A DNA stretch of 64,000 nucleotides from Mytilus trossulus (lineage: Eukaryota), in assembly GCF_036588685.1 (NCBI RefSeq), contig NC_086378.1, forward strand, positions 66,278,001 to 66,342,000, in the 5' to 3' direction. How positions within the stretch are numbered: the stretch's first letter is position 1; every line of letters begins with the position of its first letter. The notes beneath the pieces were generated by a model that was not told where the DNA came from, made no database searches, and worked only from the letters and a program-made list of their open reading frames with translations. Shown here in pieces: positions 1 through 11,255 of the stretch. Both the position numbers and the translations under genes were made by a program.

Positions 1-3000
1 TCTTGTCAGTGACCTACCCGAGCAGTACTGATATCGGTTGTGTACGGCTTACTTCTCTTGACAGTGACTTACCCGATCAGTACTGATGTCGGTTGTGTAC
101 GGCTTACTTCTCTTGTCAGTGACCTACCCGATCAGTACTGATGTGGGTTGTGTACGGCTTACTTCTCTTGTCAGTGACCTACCCGAGCAGTACTGATGTC
201 GGTTGTGTACCGTTACTTCTCTTGTCAGTGACCTACCCGAGCAGTACTGTTGTCGGTTGTGTACGGCTTACTTCTCTTGTCAGTGACTTACCCGATCAGT
301 ACTGATGTCGGTTGTGTATCCTTACTTCTCTTGCCAGTGACCTACTCGAGCAGTACTGATGTCGGTTGTGTACGGCTTACTTCTCTTGTCAGTGACCTAC
401 CCGATCAGTACTGATGTGGGTTGTGTACGGCTTACTTTTCTTGCCAGTGACCTACCAGAGCAGTACTGATGTCGGTTGTGTACGGCTTACTTCTCTTGTC
501 AGTGACTTACCCGATCAGTACTGATGTCGGTTGTGTACCCTTACTTCTCTTGTCAGTGACCTACCCGAGCAGTACTGATGTCGGTTGTGTACGGCTTACT
601 TCTCTTGTCAGTGACTTACCCGATCAGTACTGATGTCGGTTGTGTATCCTTACTTCTCTTGTCAGTGACCTACCCGATCAGTACTGATGTCGGTTGTGAA
701 CGGCTTACTTCTCTTGTCAGTGACTTACCCGATCAGTACTGATGTCGGTTGTGTACCCTTACTTCTCTTGTCAGTAACCTACCCGAGCAGTACTGATGTC
801 GGTTGTGTACGGCTTACTTCTCTTGTCAGTGACTTACCCGATCAGTACTGGTGTCGGTTGTGTACCCTTACTTCTCTTGTCAGTAACCTACCCGAGCAGA
901 ACTGATGTCGGTTGTGTACGGCTTACCTTTCTTGTAAGTGACCTACCCGATCAGTACTGATGTCGGTTTCGTACCCTTACTTCTCTTGTCAGTGACCTAC
1001 TCCAGCGGTACTGATGTTGGTTGTGTGCCCTTACTTCTCTTGTCAGTGACCTACCCGATCAGTACTGATGTCGGTTGTGTACGGTTTACTTCTCTTGTTA
1101 GTAACCTACCCGATTTTTACTGATGTCGGTTGTGTACGGCTTACTTTTCCAGTCAGTGACCTACCCGAGCAGTACTGATGTCGGTTGTGTACCCTTACGT
1201 TTCTTGTCAGTGACTTACCCGAGCAGTACTGATGTCAGTTGTGTACGGCTTACTTTTCTTGTCAGTGACCTACCCGAGCAGTACTGATGTCGGTTGTGTA
1301 CGGCTTACTTTTCTTGTCAGTGACCTACTCCAGCAGTACTGATGTTGGTTGTGTGCCCTTACTTCTCTTGTCAGTGACCTACCCGATCAGTACTGATGTC
1401 GGTTGTGTACGGCTTACCTTTCTTGTAAGTGACCTACCCGATCAGTACTGATGTCGGTTGTGTACCCTTACTTCTCTTGTCAGTGACCTACCCGATCAGT
1501 ACTGATGTCGGTTTTGTACGGCTTACCTTTCTTGTAAGTGACCTACCCGATCAGTACTGATGTCGGTTGTGTACGGCTTACTTTTCTTGTCAGTGACCTA
1601 CCCGAGCAGTACTGATGTCGGTTGTGTACCCTTACTTCTCTTGTCAGTAACCTACCCGAGCAGTACTGATGTCGGTTGTGTACGGCTTACTTTTCTTGTC
1701 AGTGACTTACCCGAGCAGTACTGATGTCGGTTGTGTACGGCTTACTTTTCTTGTCAGTGACTTACCCGAGCAGTATTGATGTCGGTTGTGTACCCTTACT
1801 TTTCTTGTCAGTGACCTACCCGAGCAGTACTGATGTCGGTTGTGTACCCTTACTTCTCTTGTCAGTGACCTACTCGAGCAGTACTGATGTCGGTTGTGTA
1901 CGGCTTATCTTTCTTGTAAGTGATCTACTCGAGCAGTACTGATGTCGGTTGTGTACCCTTACTTCTCTTGTTAATGACCTACCCGATCAGTACTGATGTC
2001 GGTTGTGTACGGCTTACTTCTCTTGTCAGTGACTTACCCGATCAGTACTGATGTCGGTTGTGTACGGCTTACTTCTCTTGTCAGTGACTTACCCGATCAG
2101 TACTGATGTCGGTTGTGTACGGCTTACTTCTCTTGTCAGTGACTCACCCGATCAGTACTGATGTCGGTTGTGTACGGCTTACCTTTCTTGTCAGTGACTT
2201 ACCCGCGCAGTACTGATGTCGGTTGTGTACCCTTACTTTTCTTGTCCGTGACCTACCCGAGTAGTACTGATGTCGGTTGTGTACGGCTTACCTTTCTTGT
2301 CAGTGACCTACCCGAGCAGTACTGATGTCGGTTGTGTACGGCTTACCTTTCTTGTCAGTGACCTACCCGAGCAGTACTGATGTCGGTTGTGTACGGCTTA
2401 ATTTTCTTGTCAGTGACCTACCCGAGCAGTACTGATGTCGGTTGTGTACGGCTTACTTTTCTTGTCAATGACCTACCCGAGCAGTACTGATGTCGGTTGT
2501 GTACCCTTACTTCTCTTGTCAGTGACCTACCCGATCAGTACTGATGTCGGTTGTGTACAGCTTACTTCTCTTGTCAGTGACTTACCCGATCAGTACTGAT
2601 GTCGGTTGTGTACCCTTACTTCTCTTGTCAGTGACCTACCCGAGCAGTACTGATGTCGGTTGTGTACGGCTTACTTCTCTTGTCAGTGACTTACCCGATC
2701 AGTACTGGTGTCGGTTGTGTACCCTTACTTCTCTTGTCAGTAACCTACCCGAGCAGAACTGAAGTCGGTTGTGTACGGCTTACCATTCTTGAAAGTGACC
2801 TACCCGATCAGTACTGATGTCGGTTGTGTACCCTTACTTCACTTGTCAGTGACCTACTCCAGCAGTACTGATGTTGGTTTTTGGCCCTTACTTCTCTTGT
2901 CAGTGACCTTCCCGAGCATTACTGATGTCGGTTGTGTACGGTTTACTTCTCTTGTCAGTGACCTACCCGATCAGTACTGATGTCGGTTGTGTACGGCTTA

Positions 3001-5186
3001 CCTTTCTTGTAAGTGACCTACCCGATCAGTACTGATGTCGGTTGTGTACCCTTACTTCTCTTGTCAGTGACCTACCCGATCAGTACTGATGTCGGGTTTG
3101 TACGGCTTACCTTTCTTGTAAGTGACCTACCCGATCAGTACTGATGTCGGTTGTGTACGGCTTACTTTTCTTGTCAGTGACCTACCCGAGCAGTACTGAT
3201 GTCGGTTGTGTACCCTTACTTCTCTTGTCAGTAACCTACCCGAGCAGTACTGATGTCGGTTGTGTACGGCTTACTTTTCTTGTCAGTGACTTACCCGATC
3301 AGTACTGATGTCGGTTGTGTACCCTTACTTCTCTTGTTAGTGACCTGCCCGAGCAGTACTGATGTCGGTTGTGTACCCTTACTTCTCTTGTCAGTGACCT
3401 ACTCGAGCAGTACTGATGTCGGTTGTGTACGGCTTACCTTTCTTGTAAGTGATCTACCCGATCAGTACTGATGTCGGTTGTGTACCCTTACTTCTCTTGT
3501 TAGTGACCTACCCGAGCAGTACTGATGTCGGTTGTGTACGGCTTACTTCTCTTGTCAGTGACTTACCCGATCAGTACTGATGTCGGTTGTGTACGGCTTA
3601 CTTCTCTTGTCAGTGACTTACCCGATCAGTACTGATGTCGGTTGTGTACGGCTTACCTTTCTTGTAAGTGACCTACCCGATCAGTACTGATGTCGGTTGT
3701 GTATCCTTACTTCTCTTGTCAGTGACCTACCCGCGCAGTACTGATGTCGGTTGTGTACCCTTACTTTTCTTGTCCGTGACCTACCCGAGTAGTACTGATG
3801 TCGGTTGTGTACGGCTTACTTCTCTTGCCAGTGACCTACCCGAGCAGTACTGATGTCGGTTGTGTACGGCTTAATTTTCTTGTCAGTGACCTACCCGAGC
3901 AGTACTGATGTCGGTTGTGTACCCTTACGTTTCTTGTCAGTGACCTACCCGAGCAGTACTGATGTCGGTTGTGTACGGCTTACTTTTCTTGTCAATGACC
4001 TACCCGAGCAGTACTGATGTCGGTTGTGTACCCTTACTTTTCTTGTCAGTGACCTATGCGATCAGTTCTGATGTCGGTTGTGTACCCTTACTTCTCTTGT
4101 CAGTGACTTACCCGAGCAGAACTGATGTCGGTTGTGTACCCTTACTTTTCTTGTCAGTGACCTACGCGATCAGTACTGATGTCGGTTGTGTACCCTTATT
4201 TCTCTTGTCAGTCACTTACCCGAGCAGTACTGATGTCGATTGTGTACCCTTACTTTTCTTGTCAGTGACCTACGCGAGCAGTACTGATGTCGGTTGTGTA
4301 TCCTTACTTCTCTTGTCAGTGACTTACCCGAGCAGTACTGATGTCGGTTGTGTACCCTTACTTTTCTTGTCAGTGACCTATGCGATCAGTACTGATGTCG
4401 GTTGTGTACCCTTACTTCTCTTGTCCGTGACTTACCCGAGCAGTACTGATGTCGGTTGTGTACCCTTACTTTTCTTGTCAGTGACCTACGCGATCAGTAC
4501 TGATGTCAGTTGTGTACCCTTACTTCTCTTGTCAGTGACTTACCCGAGCAGTACTGATGTCGGTTGTGTACCCTTACTTTTCTTGTCAGTGACTTACCCG
4601 AGCAGCACTGATGTCGGTTGTGTACGGCTTACATTTCTTGTCAGTGACTTACCCGAGCAGTACTGATGTCGGTTGTGTACCCTTTCTTCTCTTGTCAGTG
4701 ACTTACCCGAGCAGTACTGATGTCGGTTGTGTACCCTTACTTTTCTTGTCAGTGACCTACGCGATCAGCACTGATGTCGGTTGTGTACCCTTACTTCTCT
4801 TGTCAGTGACTTACCCGAGCAGTACTGATGTCGGTTGTGTACCCTTACTTTTCTTGTCAGTGACCTACCCGAGCAGTACTGATGTCGGTTGTGTACCCTT
4901 ACTTCTCTTGTCAGTGACTTACCCGAGCAGTCCTGATGTCGGTTGTGTACCCTTACTTGTCTTGTCAGTGACCTACGCGATCAGCACTGATGTCGGTTGT
5001 GTACGGCTTACTTCTCTTGTCAGTGACCTACCCGAGCAGTACTGATGTCGGTTGTGTACCCTTACTTTTCTTGTCAGTGACCTACCCGAGCAGTACTGAT
5101 GTCGGTTGTGTACCCTTACTTCTCCTGTCAGTGACCTACCCGAGCAGTACTGATGTCGGTTGTGTACCCTTACTCCTCTTGTCAGT
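1..5186 (+). repeat. 54/55-bp tandem satellite array (~95 monomers; runs off the window start)
   Basis: Monomer TCTTGTCAGTGACCTACCCGAGCAGTACTGATGTCGGTTGTGTAC(CC|GGC)TTACTTC repeated head-to-tail. The CC variant is 54 bp and the GGC variant is 55 bp. Confidence 0.98.
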
Positions 5187-5825
5187 TAAGACTAGTGCCT
5201 GAGCTGGGTCAGTGTATAAAGAAGTATCTTAGTTTTAAACAATTGGTGATGTGCTGACTTGATTCCAAAAACTAGCAGGTACACTTAAACGCTCCTACAG
5301 CTTTGAATGTGATGTACAAGTGCACAATATGATGCCCCGCGGATATCTAGAAAAAGGAATTTAAAATCCCTGGGAATTGAAATAGTTGTCAACCAAGAGG
5401 GAGATTCTATGTTGTTACGTAAAACAGTGTTTGATTAACCAACTTATTGTGATAGTGTCAATACCTAATTTTAAAGGAGCAGTTTTCACAAAAATCGACA
5501 ATGACTTTAGAAGTACATGCTGATATTTAGAAAACTCGATAGTGACAAGATTTATTTATCACACAGTGACGTCTAATCTAAATTTGCAATTGGGAGATGA
5601 CTTTCAACAAGTTTAATATCTGATGTGGTTTAAAGTGTTCATGTCAGGCGTTTCTAACGCTTCCGAGGCACATAGTTTACACTGAAGTGGGGCTTTTGTT
5701 CCAACCTACAGTTTTCTATGTAACGTGTAGTAGCGATATAAGTGTTTTGTGCTGATGTTGCGTTTCGTGCCAGTTGACCTACTTTTTGTAGATTTAAAAC
5801 CTTTGAATCATGATTTTTTAGTTTT

Positions 5826-6640
5826 TGCAGAAAGCTCGAGATGGGATAGGGATCCTGCGGCGGCGTTAGCTAGCTTCCTAAAAGCTTTATATTTTAGAAG
5901 GTGGAAGACCTGGATGCTTCATACTTTGTATATAAATGCCTATATGTAACGAAGTTTCCGTCAGTCACATGCCCAATGTTCTTGACCTCATTTTCATGGT
6001 TCAGTGACTTCTTGAAAAAAAGTTAAGATTTTTTGTAATGTTAAATTCTCTCTTATTATATTTAATGGGGTACTTATATTTGGTATGTATGTGCGTACCT
6101 TGCAAGGTCCTCATGCCCGTCAGATAGTTTTCACTTGACCTTTACCTCATTTCATGGATAAATGAACAAGGTTAAGTTTTGGTTGTCAAGTCCATATCTA
6201 ATATACTAAAACTATAAGCAACAGGTCTAGTATATTCAGTGTATGGAAGGACTGTAAGGTGTACATGTTCAACTGACAGGTGTTATATGACCTTGATCTC
6301 ATTTTCATGGCTCAGTGGTCAAAGATAAGTTTTTAAGTTTTTGTCTTTTTTTAATACCATATGCAATAGGGCAACTATATTTGGTATATGGAAATATTTT
6401 GTGATCTATATGTCAGTCGCGCAGGTTTTATTTGATCTTGACCTCATGTTCACGGTTCATTGCTCAGTGTTATTTTTTTGTGTTTTGGGCTGTTTTTCTT
6501 AAACAATAGGTCAACTATATTTGTTGTATGGAAGAATTGTTAGCTGTAAATGTCTGTCTGGCATGGTTTATCTTACCTTGACCTCACTTTCATGGTTCAC
6601 TTGTCATGTTTAGTTTTCGTGGTTAATGTTAAGTTTATAT
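5826..6640 (-). mobile_element. Non-autonomous Helentron/HINE-like element with internal TGACCTCATTTTCATGG subrepeats (partial)
   Basis: Repeated TTGACCTCATTTTCATGG motifs. The fuller mirror copy at 35035-36225 ends in a short hairpin plus A-run. Class assignment is from recall of molluscan elements. Confidence 0.45.
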
Positions 6641-7369
6641 CGAGATTTAAAATTTATTATACAAATATATATTAAAGTGATAGACGAGAAGAAATTATCG
6701 AGATAAAGTACACCATGCATAAGTGTTTCTCTTGATAAACACAAGTGTATTATGCATAATTAACACGTTTTAACAACTGTTTCTGCTTATTTATGCACTA
6801 CGAGGGATTGTTTATAGAAAAATACAGCAGATGATCACATTGAAATATTTAATGCATTTTATATTGATAACAGGTTGTTTCAACTGAAATTTAAACATCC
6901 CAGTTATTAGACATACAATGTATACTATATTACTTTATTCCAATACTTTTTCCTTTAAAATTTATTTGTTCTTTCTAGATAAAATTACACCCACAGGTCG
7001 AGAGAGGAATGGGTATTGGTGGCATTTATTTGGTCCTGTTTATGCAATCGTATACGGGTTACCTTTATAGTTCCTTACGTAAGAAATGGCAAATTCTGCC
7101 CTATTCCTGCGTTTATTTTTAGCACTGGTAAGTGTTGTAAAAGATTACCAATGCATGGCATTAACACGTCCTATAAAAAGAGCAGACAGCACGATATCAC
7201 TGTACTCTAGAGAAATTTGATGGATTGAGGAACACAAATTTCAAATATCGTGAAATTTCCAAATTTTAAACGACTGAGTTTTGTACTAAAAGGTATTACA
7301 TTTTACCACGATTTTTAATTTGGCCAAGATTCAGAATAATTTTATCATATGATTTAAACAAAGAATAAA

Positions 7370-8006
7370 TGACCAATGTTTGCAAGTTCAAAATGCAAAT
7401 ATACTTCAATCAATAAAGTTAGACTTTTTTCAAGTGTCTACATAGTGGGCCGAAGACCACCCTATGTTGATATCTTAAAAAAAAACCCCAGAAGTGACAG
7501 AGCGGCAATATGTAAGATCCGTATAAGCTGTGCTCATATACTGATGATTGAAAGAGGAGACATTTAAATATTGCCAGAAATGAGAGGTACTGCTCTGTAT
7601 GTAATTCTGGTCAAATTGAAAATGAAAAACATTTTCTTTTACATTGTGAAAAAACTCAACTCATAGGGCCATATTTTACCAAAAAGTTTCAAATATAATG
7701 ATGATCCTACAAAATTTGATAAAAATGAAAATAATATAAACATATTATTAAAAAATAATTCATACACAATCCTAAAATTGACTTCCTTTTTCATTTCAGA
7801 CAGTATGAACCTGCGTAAAGCTGAACAAACTCTATAGAATTGTCAATATGTCTTTAATTCATAGTCATTGTTTATAATATTGCATAATATAGTCATTATT
7901 TACAATACTTATTATGTATGATCAATTATGTAAATATTATACCATGAGCCCTAACCATTTATTGTTGATGAGTGTGTGCTAATAAATATTTGTATTTGTA
8001 CTTGTA
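7370..8006 (+). mobile_element. 5'-truncated, decayed non-LTR retrotransposon 3' end (RTE-X/CR1-like ORF2 C-terminus)
   Basis: Frameshifted translation RAAICKIRIS..HILMIERG...RNERYCSVCNSGQIENEKHFLLHC (CCHC-type knuckle). Ends in AATAAA followed by a (TTGTA) tail at 7981-8006. Confidence 0.7.
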
Positions 8007-8377
8007 TTATGTTATGATTTTGGGGCTTCAGTGGTATAACCGAATAGGTACAAACACAGTCGCCACACGTGACGGTGCTGTCTGATATAGACAACATTGA
8101 TCTTTGCACATATCGTCAATATATTTACATCAAAATAGTTTCTAGTTAAGGGATTACTTTCGTGGGCTATACCCCCAGAACATGTACAGATTTTTAATGT
8201 ATATAATACCATGCTTTCCCGAAATCTTAAGTTTTGTCTTCGACTTTACGTCTTCTGAAGTGCTAGTTTTTTTAGACCAGTTTTCTCTTGACAAAGTTCC
8301 ATTTACTACAGAATAAACTCTTCGTTTTGTAAAAGATGACCACATTCATAACATTTATCAGATCAATTGTGTAAGTA

Positions 8378-8644
8378 AGGAGCCTGTAAATTCAGTGGTT
8401 GTTCTTTGTTTATGTGTTACATGTTTGTTTTTCATTCATTTTTTTGTACATAAATAAGGCCATTAGTTTTCTCGTTTGAATTGTTTTACATTGTCTTATC
8501 GGGGCCTTTTATAGCTGACTATGCGGTATGGACTTTGCTCATTGTTGAAGGCCGTACGATGACCTGTAGTTGTTAATGTCTATGTCATTTTGGTCTTTTA
8601 TGGATAGTTGTCTCATTGGCAATCATACCACATCTTCTTTTTTA
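8378..8644 (-). mobile_element. Interspersed repeat insertion with 6-bp TSD (left arm only)
   Basis: Flanked by TAAGTA at 8372-8377 and 8645-8650, with an empty site in the right arm (~32598-32605). Same family as 19985-20395 and 26980-27160. Confidence 0.85.
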
Positions 8645-8896
8645 TAAGTATGATAATGATGATTTTATTGACTCGTTGCTTTATTTTTGTCTCTATATTT
8701 TTTTTGTGTGTTAAAGTTCTATTTCCTTCTTTCTATGTTTTCTTGGCAACATGTGCATAAAAGACAATCTTTTACACAACCACAAAAATATCCGAGAAAG
8801 GCCCCTACACCGTTATTTCAAGAAGTCCGAAAATTTGAACGGATGATGAAATATACTAAAAGGACACTCTTGATAACTCATTAATCACGGTTTTAA

Positions 8897-9106
8897 GCGT
8901 CATTGGTTTACGTCAATTAAAAAAATAAAATCAAACTGTCACACATTTTGTATGAATAATTTTATCGTTTGTATACATCTTGTCTTTTCAATGTCAGTTG
9001 CATATACGTGGTGATTATTAATTTCATTTGCATATTTCTGATGGAGATGTCAATCATGTAGGTCTTCGACAAGTTTCTGAGAATTGACAGGAACAAAGTC
9101 ACGTGA
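8897..9106 (+). promoter_or_regulatory. Putative proximal promoter of gene A1: CRE/ATF-like CGTCA and TTACGTCA, octamer ATTTGCAT, E-box TCACGTGA
   Basis: Motifs at 8898-8902, 8908-8915, 9026-9033 and 9099-9106. All are retained upstream of A2 (~32130-32340) and A3 (~53276-53501). Confidence 0.35.
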
Positions 9107-9171
9107 TTTATGTACAACTTTAGAGTAACGAGTAGGTTTGGAGTAAATACATATTCTAGATACGATCAGAG

Positions 9172-11255
9172 ATGATCATGTTGTTTCACACAATTGTCGT
9201 AAGTTAGATCAATATTTATAACAATACAAAAATTGTATACAGTGTTTGCAATTTGTAGATGCTATCAAAAATGTTCATATTTTCAAAATAATTTAATATA
9301 TATATGCGTGTTTTTAATTCTTTTGCCTTGAGCGTCCCTTTTCTTTAGGTGGTGTTTACTTGTCCTCTAAATACTAACTCATCATATACAAAATGTACTT
9401 AGTTATTCTAACACATCTGTTGACTCTTGCATTTCCAATTTTACTCAATTGTTGGGTCTCTGCCTTCTCTTAAAAACAAAATTTGTCAATATGCCAATCT
9501 TGTGTATTAAGTTGGAACCATGCAATATAACTACAAAGCATAAATTGAAAGTTTTACTTATGTAATGTTAGTTTTGATCATAGATTTTTTACGTAGGTTG
9601 TATTAGTTGTCCTGTATAAATCTGTTGATGCTGAGGTTGCCAATTCTACAAGAATATGTATACCACCAGCACCTGAAGATGACGATTATTTTAAGGACTT
9701 AGAACAGGGAGATGCAGATATAAGGTAAATGTCTTCGTAGTAAAGTCTAGTGGAAGTTGGCTGTTGTTGGTGTAGACACTTTCAAATGAAAATGATGGAC
9801 TGTACAAGATTTTAAAGTGTCCAAAAGCCTCATGTTTTTTTTTATTAATTATATGAATCTATGACAAACCAGATTGATGTGAAAACTTGTTTATGTTACT
9901 TTGTAATATGATAATCGCAATATTTGTAATCATCTTTATCATTATCCTTATAATTATTGTTGAAATTTTTACTTTTATTGTTGAAATTTTATCTTTTATT
10001 GTTGAAATTTTAACTTTCATTATCATCATTAGTGCTAAATTTTTATTATAAAAAACGTGAACTTTGTCTGTAGTGTTTGTGTTCAATTTTTTTTTCCATT
10101 TGTAGAGCTGCAATAAATAGAAGTTTAGATAGGGACACAGCACTTAAGGTCGAAACAGATAGAGCTGTCAATGAGTTAATGTTCGAAGCTAATCCAGTGT
10201 AAGTTTTGATACTCTTATATTGCAGTTAAGTTACTAAGTAAAGAAAAGTTTTAAAAAAGGAACAAATGTAATAAAATTATCCGTTTCAATATACAAAACA
10301 ATACATCTAACGGTTACTGTCAAAGTACCAGTTTGCTAAATTATTTTACAGGATAAAAAAAACCCCATGCAAATTGATGAATAAAATAATTTTTAATGTT
10401 CATGGTACATAGATATTTTTAATCAGGATTCTATTTTTATTTAATTATAACACATTGAAGGAAGGAATATCAATTGTTGATTTTTTTTCAGGTTTGTATC
10501 GACGGTTAGAATGTGTAAATATAAATACCGATCTTATGCCCCTTCCAAAAAAATCTGGTACCAAGGGAAAATGTGTTATGTCTTGCATTACTTCTGGTAT
10601 CAAATCTGGAGACACGTATATTGTCCGTAAGTACATGTATAACTGTTAATGTTGTTAGAACCAAAGATACCCAGTCTCTATCATTACATAACAGGGAGAT
10701 AACTCTGTCAGAATCAGCTTAACGTATTAATCACGTTCTATCCTTAAGGAAATGTTAAAAACTTTTCAATGATTAAAACTAGTGCTTGTCCGAACTTCTC
10801 TATGACATTTTTTTCCAATAAAGTGTGTTGATCAAATTTTTTGAACATTGTATGTTGTTGTAAAAGGGTCAAAGTAAACATTTTGTCAAAATTGATGAAA
10901 TTTAAACGAGCCGAATTAATTTTAGTCTAGGTGTATGGTATCACCTTCATTCTTTCAATAGAGTCCCATAAGGTCTCCAGCTATCTGTTTTCCCGATTTA
11001 TTCGAATTCATTTTAACATGATACTGAGCAATTTTTATGATTACCTTTTTGTTTCATTTCAGAAAGCAACTTTGCAGTAACGTTCCGTGTAATGAATGGT
11101 GGACCCCATACGTGTACCGATGTGTTCCATCTTGTAAGCGTTCCTTTTATATGTGGATAGCTTGTCCAACTGGTCACCATAGTTTCCCGTATAAGTACAT
11201 CAGAATAGAGAAAAGGTTACCACAATGTTGTGAATGTAAAAGATACAAGTGCTGA
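9172..11255 (+). CDS. Secreted Spaetzle-like cystine-knot protein, type A, copy 1 (191 aa; 189 aa from the second ATG at 9178)
   Basis: Exons 9172-9198, 9597-9724, 10106-10198, 10492-10626, 11063-11255; all GT-AG, phases 0,2,2,2. Protein MIMLFHTIVVVLVVLYKSVDA-EVANSTRICIPPAPEDDDYFKDLEQGDADIRAAINRSLDRDTALKVETDRAVNELMFEANPVFVSTVRMCKYKYRSYAPSKKIWYQGKMCYVLHYFWYQIWRHVYCPKQLCSNVPCNEWWTPYVYRCVPSCKRSFYMWIACPTGHHSFPYKYIRIEKRLPQCCECKRYKC*. AATAAA at 11295. Frame is conserved in all three copies. Confidence 0.9.
9955..10020 (+). repeat. 21-bp minisatellite in A1 intron 2
   Basis: TATTGTTGAAATTTTWNCTTT x3. The mirror in A2 (~31200-31285) has about four units. Confidence 0.75.

Noticed and set aside
1-5186. 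CRISPR-like array
   Set aside because: There are no unique spacers (the whole monomer repeats), the context is eukaryotic with introns, and no cas genes are present.
9859-10143. 94-aa minus-strand ORF with KISTIK repeats, and other short AT-rich track ORFs
   Set aside because: Intron minisatellite or chance ORFs, with no conserved frame among the duplicated copies.
10455-10649. Track ORFs MKEGISIV... and antisense MYLRTI... (also 30597-30797, 51394-51654)
   Set aside because: Wrong frame or strand. Splice phases place exon 4 (10492-10626) in the FVSTVRMCKY frame, which aligns with type B.
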